Shown piece by piece: positions 26,001 through 35,092 of a stretch of DNA of 64,000 nt; positions within the stretch are counted from its first letter, which is position 1, and each line of letters begins with the position of its first letter. Made by a program: the position numbers and the translations under genes. Location: the NCBI GenBank assembly GCA_965221695.1, contig OZ244905.1, forward strand, positions 3,008,001-3,072,000, given 5' to 3'. The stretch is from Gammaproteobacteria bacterium. Its GTDB lineage: Bacteria; Pseudomonadota; Gammaproteobacteria; Eutrophobiales; Eutrophobiaceae. Below the pieces are notes generated by a model. It was not told where the DNA came from. It made no database searches and worked only from the letters and a program-made list of their open reading frames with translations.

Positions 26001-27938
26001 CAGGATATGATTGTGAAGTATCTGGCCGATGAACCGCGCATTCGACAAATTCTTCATTTTGATGCGCCTGTGAATATATTCAGGTCCGGATATGATGTTC
26101 TAAAATCCGCAGAGGGTGGGCGTCACAGCCATGCTCGTCTGGTTCTTCGCCAAACCTTAAGACGCAAATTTGGCCGCAACAATTCAGATAAAATTCAATT
26201 TGATACATTCGTTTTTGCATCCGGCCGTCATGTGTTCGATTTTTGGAAGCGAGTTTTACCCGCTGAAGAGGACTACCCGGATTACCTTGCTCGGGTTATG
26301 GAACGCCACCGAATCGGTGAACGAAGGACGATCTTTTGGGTTTGCCCTAATAATTTCGAATTCCCATCATTGGCAGATCGGTTCAAACCGGACCTGGTGA
26401 TATCCGATGTTATCGACGATCAGCGGACATGGCCTTGTAAGCCCGAATACAAAGAGAAATTGCATGGCAATTATCGAGAGATACTGGCGCGCAGCGACCT
26501 GACGATTGCCAATTGTCGAAGCGTATTCGAGAGTATGCAGGAATTCACTGGCAATATTCATCTAATTCCCAATGCGTGCGAGTTATTGTGGGAACAGGCG
26601 AAGAACTGGGAAAAACCCGCGCAATTAACACGTATCCAAGGACCTGTAGTCGGATACGTGGGGAATCTGGACATTACTCGGATTGATTTGGATCTGCTGG
26701 TGGCGCTGGCGGCAGAACGGCCTGATTGGAATTTAGTCCTTATCGGTTCCATGCATAGGAGTGACAAGATAAAAGAGCTGAAGAAATTCAAAAATGTCTA
26801 TTTTCTTGGGGTACAGGTATATGACCAGGCAGTACGCTTCATTCGTCACTTCGATGTGGCAATGATTCCCCATTTGGACAATGATCTCACCAGGAATATG
26901 AATCCTTTGAAACTTTATGTTTATTTTTCCCTGCACGTGCCTGTTGTAACCACGCCGATCGCGAATACTGAAGATTTTCAGGAGTTCATAGAGGTTGGCC
27001 GCAACCCGGAAGAGTTCATTGAGCGGATCAGCTATTGTCTGGAAAACAATCCGCTCTCAGACAATGCCGGGCGTGTCCGGAATTTACTGGAGAAAAATGC
27101 ATGGAACGAGCGGGTAACACGCCTGTTAACACTGATCGACAGGGAGTTTACCAGGCGAGAAAGGTCGGTAGCGCCCGACTTTCCGCTATCCGCCTGTGTT
27201 TCTGAAGACGGTTACCCTGATCTCTGTACGGTGTGTGGCCATACAGGATATTTACATCGGGAGGAACCATCGATCAGGGAGACATACCGTTGCGGCAATT
27301 GCGGGGCCAGTTTGCGTTATCGGGAGCAGGCGCGCCTTATCCTCGAACATTTTTCCAGGGAAACATCTGAATGTCTTGCAGATTTGGTAAATGAATCTGA
27401 ATTTCAGAATCTCAAGATTTATGAACCGGGATTGATTGGGCCATTTCGAAATTTTTTTCAAAAAATGCCTGGTTACCATTCCTCCTATTTCTGGGAGGAT
27501 CTCAAACCCGGGCAATTCCGGGAGGGAGTGCAGTGTCAGGATTTGATGAACATTACTTTTGAAGACAATTCATTCGACCTGGTATTGTCTTCAGATATAT
27601 TTGAACATGTGCGCAGGCCATTCGTTGGCTTAAAAGAGGTGAATCGAGTCCTGAAACCCGGCGGTTATCATATCTTCAGTATTCCCTCGGAATATCCGAT
27701 GCCTGCCAAAACAGTTTTCCGCGTCGACACCAGCGGTCCGGAGAATGTGTTTGTATTACCCAAGCGCTATAATAGCGCGCCCGGGGGTGGAAAATCACTG
27801 GTATATACTGACTTTGGGGCAGATATGGTTGAGATTATGTCTGCGGATGGGATCGATCTCAAAATTGAGTCCCCTTGCTCCGACACTGCACCGACTCACA
27901 TAACCAACCGGATGCTCTCATTTTATTGGAAGAAGTGA
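23064..27938 (+). CDS. multidomain glycan synthase: sulfotransferase-like + coiled coil + two GT-B domains + SAM methyltransferase
   Basis: VLGMHRSGTSAL/NP.GFWE/KEPR; heptad repeats ending STSWKITAPLR; PAKFTDALSMGIPILAT; NPLKLYVY..L.VPVVTT; CxxC pairs + FDLVLSSDIFEHV..RVLKPGG. Confidence 0.85.
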   Translation: MSATVAQDSDEKASRPTLFVLGMHRSGTSALTGALRLSGAWVGEETELTEANVENPLGFWERRDMRKLCDELLHSAGADWWKIANFDAKAIPDKVLAKQRRKFEKIVSRLDKYDAWVIKEPRLCLLLPALRYQVKKPVCLHIYRNPLEVARSLQARNGFSISAGLALWEVYNLHALNASEGLPRISLSYEALMSQPLETLDALVNELERYVASHQIKPNRELVERFIDVNLYHQKATDEETEKYLLPSQSALWLRLRNGEAFDYYRNVPVPAAAKQSLFDLESAETLFNHRNNRINELEADLKKHVAIVDDSKKRISALEASNTRHKANLQERNISLQASKKQIGALEASNTRYKANLRARNISLQASKKRVGALETANTRLTATNTQLTANLKARAKTIDDLYNSTSWKITAPLRQLSLAARWLVKNLRRPPRQLFWSIINRFLRAVEIVRSWLAQPGVKTVDQQNNGQLALTTQLSKLIRECRQEAQTREERASSVSQENSISAGAKTRVTVIGWDLGHNPIGRTYLLADILRNDYEVELLGANFPRFGEQVWEPLRNCSRVTIKSFPGCNFPEHFEQMEEVAQQVEGDIIYVSKPRLPGLELAILAKLHRNRPVILDIDDYEVGFFKNRGPITLKQAKNKRRSADFITPHGETWTRYAESLIPLFEQVTVSNEVLQKKFGGMILPHIRDEHDFNPSVYPRDTLRASLGFSRTDKIILFAGTPRIHKGVRAVVAALQTLNRPDYKLLLIGSPADNETRRFFKNAMSGQVKVLGNIPFSDLPGYLCIGDLICLLQDRDHITSHFQMPAKFTDALSMGIPILATNVPPLENLAKQGLVELLNDAPLEQKIDEIFSDYGTYKYKAMQNRQVFLREYSYEANLPRLKDTIDRLLSVRPEPISGAFDELISYHRRIFSTAVDASRARAKIVVSRQSTSESEMTLTTSAAQTISQPRVKSYIDDKIDIVFFWKQNDTGIYGRRQDMIVKYLADEPRIRQILHFDAPVNIFRSGYDVLKSAEGGRHSHARLVLRQTLRRKFGRNNSDKIQFDTFVFASGRHVFDFWKRVLPAEEDYPDYLARVMERHRIGERRTIFWVCPNNFEFPSLADRFKPDLVISDVIDDQRTWPCKPEYKEKLHGNYREILARSDLTIANCRSVFESMQEFTGNIHLIPNACELLWEQAKNWEKPAQLTRIQGPVVGYVGNLDITRIDLDLLVALAAERPDWNLVLIGSMHRSDKIKELKKFKNVYFLGVQVYDQAVRFIRHFDVAMIPHLDNDLTRNMNPLKLYVYFSLHVPVVTTPIANTEDFQEFIEVGRNPEEFIERISYCLENNPLSDNAGRVRNLLEKNAWNERVTRLLTLIDREFTRRERSVAPDFPLSACVSEDGYPDLCTVCGHTGYLHREEPSIRETYRCGNCGASLRYREQARLILEHFSRETSECLADLVNESEFQNLKIYEPGLIGPFRNFFQKMPGYHSSYFWEDLKPGQFREGVQCQDLMNITFEDNSFDLVLSSDIFEHVRRPFVGLKEVNRVLKPGGYHIFSIPSEYPMPAKTVFRVDTSGPENVFVLPKRYNSAPGGGKSLVYTDFGADMVEIMSADGIDLKIESPCSDTAPTHITNRMLSFYWKK
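23997..24240 (+). repeat. intragenic tandem repeats: 84-bp units (~2.5 copies) then 21-bp units (2 copies)
   Basis: AGCAAAAAG starts at 23997, 24081 and 24165 (84-bp period); CTAACACCCRGCTTACAGCCA twice. Confidence 0.9.
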
Positions 27939-27950
27939 CGGGCAGGGTGG

Positions 27951-27987
27951 TTAAGAAATCTCAGAGATTAAGTCTCAGAGCTTCCTG
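27951..27987. repeat. short palindromic element, family B
   Basis: TTAAGAAATCTCAGAGATTAAGTCTCAGAGCTTCCTGA. Confidence 0.7.
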
Positions 27988-28051
27988 ACACTTGCTCTGC
28001 TATTCGGGCTATTGTTACAATTATTACTGAATTGTTTGGGGATACCAGATT

Positions 28052-28279
28052 ATGCGGAATGTTCGGCGCACTATATTTATCATAAGTAGTATTATTTGCT
28101 TACCTGCTTTTGCCTATATCGATCCCGCTTCGGGCAGCGCCATTATGTCACTCATCATCGGCTTCTTTGTGACGCTCGGATTAGTGTTAAAAACCTATTG
28201 GTACAAGTTTAAAGCGCTATTTTCAAGAGCGGCGCGACCCTCGGAGAAGTCGGACACTGACGCGGAAAAGTCCGAATAA
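28052..28279 (+). CDS. small membrane protein with AYIDPxSGS motif
   Basis: Signal-like segment ending PAFA, YIDPASGS, TM helix, basic tail YWYKFK. Confidence 0.7.
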   Translation: MRNVRRTIFIISSIICLPAFAYIDPASGSAIMSLIIGFFVTLGLVLKTYWYKFKALFSRAARPSEKSDTDAEKSE

Positions 28280-28337
28280 AACCGATAAAAAAGTTCGCGC
28301 TCCCTGCCGCTAACAACGCTTCTGATAAGGCTTAATA

Positions 28338-28997
28338 ATGAAGAGCACAGTCCGCGAGCAACGTAAAACTTATTGGAGAGATTTTTATAAACAAAGACAT
28401 TCCTTAGTACCCTCCCAGTTTTGCGCTCTTGTTGCCGTTGAGATCGACGCGCGCGCTACTGTTGTGGACTTGGGTAGCGGCAACGGGAGAGACTCATTGT
28501 TTTTCGCTTCCCAAGGCCATATGACAATAGCCATGGATTTATCTGTTGATGCGGTAAAAATCGCTGATCGTGAGGCCGGATTGAGAGGGCTTGGTGATAG
28601 AGTGTCCTTCCTTCAAGGTGACTTATCCTCGAATGCGGACATTGATAGCGTTGTCCAAATTGCGCGAGCAAAAAGCAGTCGTGACATTCTGGCGTTTTAT
28701 TCCCGCTTTGTTCTGCACTCCCTGGATGACACGGAAGAAAACAGATTTTTACTCGCATTGTCGGCAGTCATGAAACAGAATGAATGTGTTTTCTTAGAGT
28801 TCAGGGCTAAAGAAGACAGTGTCCGGCAAAAACACTTTCCTAATCATTTTCGACGTTATATCGATTCCACAGTTTTTCAAAGAAAACTCGAAGATGCCTG
28901 GGGATTTTCTCTTCAGTACTCAGTGACAGGCACAGGCATGGCCAAATATAAAGAAGAAGATCCCGTCGTCACCAGGATTTTTGCGAGAAAAGTATAG
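28338..28997 (+). CDS. class I SAM-dependent methyltransferase
   Basis: VVDLGSGNGRDS motif I, YSRFVLHSL. Confidence 0.85.
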   Translation: MKSTVREQRKTYWRDFYKQRHSLVPSQFCALVAVEIDARATVVDLGSGNGRDSLFFASQGHMTIAMDLSVDAVKIADREAGLRGLGDRVSFLQGDLSSNADIDSVVQIARAKSSRDILAFYSRFVLHSLDDTEENRFLLALSAVMKQNECVFLEFRAKEDSVRQKHFPNHFRRYIDSTVFQRKLEDAWGFSLQYSVTGTGMAKYKEEDPVVTRIFARKV

Positions 28998-29020
28998 GCT
29001 GTCAAAGCTGGACTCCTGTT

Positions 29021-30181
29021 TTGGTCAAATTTATTCAATATTTGAGTAATGTAATCCGTTTTCTCCAGCTACCCAGGCAAACCCGCCGGCTTATCTTCTA
29101 TTCGGAGGGCAGAAATTACTGGCCGCACCTGCAACCTTTGCTTATGGAGACGCTCGCGCTAACGGATTTGTCAATTTGTTATATTACTTCGGATGAGGGC
29201 GATCCGGGTTTGCTGCTTACGCGTTCGAATTACCATAAGTTCGTGATTGATGAAGGGCATGTGCGCAACTGGTTATTCAGCAATATCGAAACGGATGTCA
29301 TCGTCATGACTATGCCGGATCTGCACCAGTACCAGGTCAAGCGTTCCAGACATGCTGTTCATTACGTCTATGTGCAGCATTCGCTGGTGAGCCTGCATAG
29401 AGTTTACCGCAAAGGAGCGTTTGATCATTACGATACGATATTTTGTGCTGGTCCTCATCATATGAAGGAAACACGAGCCATCGAAGCAGAATTTAAACTG
29501 AAGCCTAAAAAGCTGGTGGCGCATGGCTACGGCCGTTTGGATACTATTATCAGCCAGTCCAAAGTTGGCGCCGTGAATGAGATGCCATCAAAGCAGCACA
29601 AGCATATTCTGATTGCGCCTTCCTGGGGGCCTGAAGGCTTGCTCGAATCCGGCATCTGCAAATCCATAGTCGATCATTTGCTGCAACGGCAATATCGGGT
29701 TACGCTTCGACCGCATCCTCAGACGCATAAGTTCGCGCCAGAAAAGGTCCGCGAGATTCTGGCGCAACATCAGAAAAATCCGATGTTCATGCATGAGTTG
29801 GACGTCGTGGGCATGAATTCTATGACCGACTCGGATGCGATGATCAGCGATTGGTCCGGGGTTGCATTGGAGTATATGCTCGCACTAAAGAAACCGGTTT
29901 TATACGTGGACACGCCGGCGAAGGTGAATAATACGGAATATCATCGGATAGGATTGGAGCCGGTGGAAAGCAGGCTCCGCAAAACCGGACTAAGCGATAT
30001 CCTCAGACTCGATGAGATTAATCGGGTGGCGGATAAAATTAAGGAACTATTGACGCGCGCGGCAAATCCGGACTTCGAAAGCGACAAGCTGGTTTTTAAC
30101 CCGGGCGAAAGCGGCATCATCGGCGCAAAACATTTACTCGAAATTCTCTCCGAAGCAGCGCGCGCCAGGAGTATCTGTTGA
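29021..30181 (+). CDS. CDP-glycerol glycerophosphotransferase (TagF/TagB-like) family protein
   Basis: YVQHS, FCAGPH, GYGRLD, ILIAPSWG, LRPHP, MISDWSGVALEY..KKPV; TTG start. Confidence 0.8.
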   Translation: MVKFIQYLSNVIRFLQLPRQTRRLIFYSEGRNYWPHLQPLLMETLALTDLSICYITSDEGDPGLLLTRSNYHKFVIDEGHVRNWLFSNIETDVIVMTMPDLHQYQVKRSRHAVHYVYVQHSLVSLHRVYRKGAFDHYDTIFCAGPHHMKETRAIEAEFKLKPKKLVAHGYGRLDTIISQSKVGAVNEMPSKQHKHILIAPSWGPEGLLESGICKSIVDHLLQRQYRVTLRPHPQTHKFAPEKVREILAQHQKNPMFMHELDVVGMNSMTDSDAMISDWSGVALEYMLALKKPVLYVDTPAKVNNTEYHRIGLEPVESRLRKTGLSDILRLDEINRVADKIKELLTRAANPDFESDKLVFNPGESGIIGAKHLLEILSEAARARSIC

Positions 30182-32166
30182 CTTCTGGCTTTATTAGAAC
30201 CAACTTTCTGGTTGCTGCGATGGCTTGCGCAGCCATACTGGCGCTTCCCTATGTTGCCATGTTCGTAACCAACAGTACGGATATTGGTATACCGCTAGCC
30301 GATTTCTGCGCTTTCCTTGTTACCTATGCAGTCATATTTTTTGCCGTCACTTTTGCAGTGATGACCATTGCAGGTAAAAAATTTCATTTACCCGTCATTA
30401 ATCTGGTTTTTTTTCTCGTTCTGGGCGTCACCATTCAATATTACCTGTTAAGCGAATCTCTTGATATTCTGGACGGCCGGAATCTCAGCTCTTATACAAC
30501 TGATCAGCTCATCGTAGACATGATGATCTATGTCCTGATCGGCGGGCTGCTATACAGGTTCAGGAGTAAAGTCTATAAGAATATTCTGACGCTTGGGACC
30601 GGTGTCTGCTTGTTCCAGCTTATCAACTTGGGAGTATTGATTCAATCTCATCAGGTCCATTTTGCAGAGATCTCGCGCCAGCATGCCGATGTGGAGTCGA
30701 TAAGCCGTTTCTCCAGAGAAGAAAATGTTCTTCACATTGTGTTCGATGGATTTCAGTCCGGCCTTTTCCAGGATATTATTGACAAGGACAGGATGATTGC
30801 ATCTGAGTTGAAAGGATTTTTGTATTTTCCGGATACCGTAACCGCCTCTGAAGTTACCCAGCTTTCATTTGCGGCTTTTCTCAGCGGGCAGGAATATTCG
30901 AATAACGAACCGATGAGTTCCTATCTGTTCAATAATGGTTTAAGACGGATGGGGACGGCCAAACCCTTGCAACAGCCCTCGAATATACTGGAGGCAGCCT
31001 CTGACACGGGATTTCAGGTAGAAGTTGCGACACCGTTTGTTTTGCTGGAAGAGCAGGAGTTTTATTCACAATTTTTCTTCATACAAAGACCTTACAATTC
31101 TGAAGTCAATCACCGAAGAACGATTGGATACCAGGCCAGTTTTATTCTCGATCTGATTTTGTTCAGGAGCGCGCCCAAAATTCTTAAGGGTTTTGTTTAC
31201 AATAAAGGCTTATGGAGATTTTCAAGGTTATCTAATCCAAATCCGGGAATGGATTTCAATCATCACGCAAGCATCGGGTTTTTAGAAGACGTGACAACCA
31301 ATCTGTCGCTTTCGCAACAGCCCCGGATTTATAAACTCTTTCACTTGATTACCCCTCATGCGCCTTTTGTGACGAATCAGAATTGCCGGTTTTCTGGGGA
31401 AGAACTCGATCGGGATTATGCCAATATATACAATCAGGCAAGGTGTGCCCTGCTGCAGTTTGTCAGGCTCTTGAATCAACTCAAACGTTTCGGAATTTAT
31501 GATAGCGCAACAATACTGGTTCATGGCGATCATGGGATACGGTTGCCATTTCCTGAATTTGAGAAAGGGCCTGATGATGACTCTGCCTTACCGAGACCCA
31601 TAGGAAACAGCAATCCATTGTTGTTGATCAAACCTCCGGGCGGGAAAGGCCCTCTGGCTACAATTGATGCTGAAATATCATTGACGGATATTCCGAAAAC
31701 GATGTCGGCATTGTTGCAATTGAACGCTTATTACGACGGCGTTGATTTTATCAATGAAAAACCGAAAAACAGGGTCAGGCGTTATTTTCACACAAGACAA
31801 TCACGAATCAACGCCGGCCGTGACGACAGGTTTCTTAACTGGAATGAATATGAGATATCCGGTCCGGTGCGCAAGAGAGCCTCATGGAGGAAGACAGGGG
31901 AGATCAATTGGACAAAGAAGGATTTTACTGAGTTTCCGGTTGCCGATTTTTTGGCTATAGAGAAATTCGAACTCACGGACGAGAATGCGGTGCAAATTCG
32001 ATATCAGGGTAGAGAGCGGCATCATTTTATCGCGGTCGGACCGGATAAACGCGTCACGCGCTTCGATGGAACAGATCTTATCACTGCCAAACTGAGATCG
32101 CGTAGCGATATCGAGCGAGTTTGCATCGTTGATACAGAAAAAGAACTTCGCCAATGCATATATTAG
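30178..32166 (+). CDS. membrane-anchored alkaline-phosphatase-superfamily (LtaS/sulfatase-like) transferase
   Basis: About 5 N-terminal TMs; NVLHIVFDGFQ, Thr at the nucleophile position (EVTQLS), HLITPHAPF, VHGDHG. Confidence 0.75.
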   Translation: MTSGFIRTNFLVAAMACAAILALPYVAMFVTNSTDIGIPLADFCAFLVTYAVIFFAVTFAVMTIAGKKFHLPVINLVFFLVLGVTIQYYLLSESLDILDGRNLSSYTTDQLIVDMMIYVLIGGLLYRFRSKVYKNILTLGTGVCLFQLINLGVLIQSHQVHFAEISRQHADVESISRFSREENVLHIVFDGFQSGLFQDIIDKDRMIASELKGFLYFPDTVTASEVTQLSFAAFLSGQEYSNNEPMSSYLFNNGLRRMGTAKPLQQPSNILEAASDTGFQVEVATPFVLLEEQEFYSQFFFIQRPYNSEVNHRRTIGYQASFILDLILFRSAPKILKGFVYNKGLWRFSRLSNPNPGMDFNHHASIGFLEDVTTNLSLSQQPRIYKLFHLITPHAPFVTNQNCRFSGEELDRDYANIYNQARCALLQFVRLLNQLKRFGIYDSATILVHGDHGIRLPFPEFEKGPDDDSALPRPIGNSNPLLLIKPPGGKGPLATIDAEISLTDIPKTMSALLQLNAYYDGVDFINEKPKNRVRRYFHTRQSRINAGRDDRFLNWNEYEISGPVRKRASWRKTGEINWTKKDFTEFPVADFLAIEKFELTDENAVQIRYQGRERHHFIAVGPDKRVTRFDGTDLITAKLRSRSDIERVCIVDTEKELRQCIY

Positions 32167-32228
32167 CCCGCATTTCTTCCCAAGTTACTTTTTACTACCG
32201 GCGCATTGATCGCATCATTTGGCGCTAA

Positions 32229-33410
32229 ATGCGGACTACCGGGGAATTGGTTTTGCATATTGTTTTTTTCGCATGTCTGCTGGTATTCTGCGGCAGCTTG
32301 TATGCAGACGAAAACGGACGATCAGACATGCAAGAACAGTACCCGGGCAGCGCCGCAGACCCCTGGCGCGAATTTCAGAGCGAGCGTAACAAGCATTTCT
32401 TTGCCGGGCTCGCTTCTTATTACAATAGCGTGCGTTTCTATATTGTGGGAGAAGGTATTTTTCGCCAACTGGAACAGGACCACAGGGTTGTCCTGGAAAA
32501 TGATGCGTGGCTTGCCGTGACCACACGCTTACAGGTTTTATTGGTGAAAAGTCCGAGTCTAAGCCTGAGTCTGAATGATCAGCAAGGCGCGCTCAAAAAT
32601 CTAAAGGCGAATGTCGACACCGCGCGCATGCAGGTAATTCAGAAATCCGATCTGCGTAACGTTGCGCCTGAGCTGGATCAGCTTCGCTATTCACACCTGT
32701 GGAAGCCACTATCCTGGTTGACCAAAGTCGTTGAAGCTTCTCTTGTAACAATCCATGCTTATACATTCAACCACTGGGGTTTGGCGATTGTGATATTCAG
32801 TATACTGCTGAATCTAACGCTGTTTCCCATCCATAATATGGTCGCCCGAATGCAAGATGAGGTCGGTAGAAACCGAGCATTGCTTGAACCGAAATTGGTT
32901 GAAATCAAAATGATGTATGACGGAGAGGAAGCGCACAATCGTGTAATAGCTGCCCATAAAGCAATCGGAGTTAGCCCCTTTTATTCGTTGAAGCCGTTGC
33001 TGGGCATTGTGGTTCAGGCGCCGATTTGGATTGCCGTTTTCAATGCGCTTGGAGAAATGCCGCAGTTGGCGGGTCAATCCTTTTTGTGGATCGATGATCT
33101 GGCATATCCAGATATAGTCGCGCAGCTACCCTTCAACATTCCGCTACTGGGCACGACTGTCCACCCGCTGCCCCTGGTAATGTTCGGGGTAACATGTCTG
33201 TCCGTCAGCGCGTTACGAAATGAACGAGGGTCAAAGATTGAATATGTTCGCCAAAAGCGCAACCTCTACGGGATGGCAGTCGTTTTTTTGATTCTCTTAT
33301 ATCCGTTTCCTGCTGCAATGACACTGTATTGGACACTGAACAACCTGATACAGTTTGTTTCTCAGCAGTTTGTGAGAAAATCAACGGAGGCAAGAATCAG
33401 TGCAGATTGA
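32229..33410 (+). CDS. YidC/Oxa1-family insertase paralogue
   Basis: HWGLAIVIFSILL.L.LFPI, P.L.EIK, QAPIWIAVF, SFLWIDDLA.PD, FPAAMTLYWT.NNL. Confidence 0.8.
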   Translation: MRTTGELVLHIVFFACLLVFCGSLYADENGRSDMQEQYPGSAADPWREFQSERNKHFFAGLASYYNSVRFYIVGEGIFRQLEQDHRVVLENDAWLAVTTRLQVLLVKSPSLSLSLNDQQGALKNLKANVDTARMQVIQKSDLRNVAPELDQLRYSHLWKPLSWLTKVVEASLVTIHAYTFNHWGLAIVIFSILLNLTLFPIHNMVARMQDEVGRNRALLEPKLVEIKMMYDGEEAHNRVIAAHKAIGVSPFYSLKPLLGIVVQAPIWIAVFNALGEMPQLAGQSFLWIDDLAYPDIVAQLPFNIPLLGTTVHPLPLVMFGVTCLSVSALRNERGSKIEYVRQKRNLYGMAVVFLILLYPFPAAMTLYWTLNNLIQFVSQQFVRKSTEARISAD

Positions 33411-33954
33411 ACATTTAAGCATCCCGGATGTCATCGCGCTAAGCCCGAAGAAATATGCCGACCGGCGCGGTTTTTTTTCTGAAACGTATAACAAACAGGC
33501 GCTTGGCGCGGCAGGGATCGACGTCGACTTCGTACAGGACAACCATTCGCTGTCCAGGGAAAAGGGAACGGTGCGCGGGCTGCACTTTCAAACGCCGCCC
33601 TTTGCCCAGACCAAGTTAGTGCGGGTCACGCGCGGATCAGTGTTTGATGTCGCTGTCGACTTGCGTCGGAGTTCGCCAACATACGGCCTGCATGTAAGCA
33701 TAGTGCTTTCAGCTTCGGAATGGACCCAAGTCCTGGTTCCAATCGGTTTTGCGCACGGTTTTATGACGCTTGAACCTGACACCGAGGTGATATATAAGGT
33801 CACAAATTATTATGCGCCTGACCACGACAAGGGACTCCTGTGGAATGATCCGTCGCTAGGAATACAATGGCCAATTCCTGAAAATGAGGCCATTCTCTCG
33901 GAGAAGGATCAAAGACAACCGGAACTCGCCGAGCTCATAACGCCGTTTGCTTAG
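33400..33954 (+). CDS. rmlC: dTDP-4-dehydrorhamnose 3,5-epimerase
   Basis: DRRGFFSE, FVQDNHS, RGLHFQ, DVAVDLR, GFAHGF. Confidence 0.95.
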   Translation: MQIEHLSIPDVIALSPKKYADRRGFFSETYNKQALGAAGIDVDFVQDNHSLSREKGTVRGLHFQTPPFAQTKLVRVTRGSVFDVAVDLRRSSPTYGLHVSIVLSASEWTQVLVPIGFAHGFMTLEPDTEVIYKVTNYYAPDHDKGLLWNDPSLGIQWPIPENEAILSEKDQRQPELAELITPFA

Positions 33955-34033
33955 CCCGATGCAAGCTCAGTGTTATTGAACTCCTGATGTTGCGTTCTTT
34001 GTCGGAAAATTTACGAAATATGATAAAGCTTCT

Positions 34034-35092
34034 ATGACTGTTCTTGTTACCGGAGGCGCCGGTTTTATCGGCGCGAATTTTATTATCGATTGGCTGCAGT
34101 CCCATGATGAAGTTGTGGTCAACGTTGACAAGCTTACTTATGCAGGCAACCCGCGCAACCTGGCTTCAGTGCAAGAGCATAGGAATTATGTCTTCGTGCA
34201 GGGAGATATAGGTGATTCTGTCTTAATCTCAAGGCTGCTGGTTGAACATAAGCCCCGCGCGCTAATCAACTTTGCCGCGGAATCCCATGTCGACCGTTCC
34301 ATTGCTTGTGCGGAAGCGTTTATTCAAACTAATATAGTGGGCGTATACAGGTTGCTGCATTGCGTTCTCAATCACTGGAGCGCGCTATCGGAAGCAGAAA
34401 AAAATCAGTTCCGCTTTTTGCACGTGTCCACCGACGAAGTTTATGGCTCATTGGACCAGGATGAGCCGGCTTTTACAGAAAATAACAGCTATAAACCCAA
34501 TAATCCCTACAGCGCCAGCAAGGCCGCCTCAGACCACTTTGTGCGCGCCTTCAATCATACTTACGGCATACCTGTGCTCACCACAAACTGCTCGAATAAC
34601 TATGGTCCTTTTCAGTTTCCTGAGAAATTGATCCCGTTATTTATCCATAATGCGCTGATGCAAAAATCGTTGCCGCTTTACGGTGACGGCTTGCAGGTGC
34701 GTGACTGGCTGTATGTGCGCGATCACTGCAGCGCCCTCAGGCAGGTTCTTGAAGAAGGCAAAGTGGGAGAGGTTTACAATATCGGCGGCGGCAATGAAAT
34801 CACCAACCTGGAGATTGCAAATATGCTTTGCGGTATTCTGGACGAAATACGCCCCAGGGCCGGCGGAGAATCTTACAAATCCCTGATCAGTCTGGTCAAG
34901 GACAGGCCGGGTCATGACCGGCGTTATGCTATGGACTCCTCCCGGATTCGGAGGGAACTAGGCTGGAAACCGTCGGAGACTGTTCAGTCGGGCATTCGCC
35001 GGACCCTATTATGGTATCTGGAAAATCAGGATTGGGTCGCAGCTACCACCGGCAACGAATATCAAAGCTGGATCAGGAAACAATACCGGTGA
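34034..35092 (+). CDS. rmlB: dTDP-glucose 4,6-dehydratase
   Basis: VTGGAGFIG, DKLTYAGN, AAESHVDRSI, HVSTDEVYG, YSASK, DRPGHDRRYA. Confidence 0.96.
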   Translation: MTVLVTGGAGFIGANFIIDWLQSHDEVVVNVDKLTYAGNPRNLASVQEHRNYVFVQGDIGDSVLISRLLVEHKPRALINFAAESHVDRSIACAEAFIQTNIVGVYRLLHCVLNHWSALSEAEKNQFRFLHVSTDEVYGSLDQDEPAFTENNSYKPNNPYSASKAASDHFVRAFNHTYGIPVLTTNCSNNYGPFQFPEKLIPLFIHNALMQKSLPLYGDGLQVRDWLYVRDHCSALRQVLEEGKVGEVYNIGGGNEITNLEIANMLCGILDEIRPRAGGESYKSLISLVKDRPGHDRRYAMDSSRIRRELGWKPSETVQSGIRRTLLWYLENQDWVAATTGNEYQSWIRKQYR

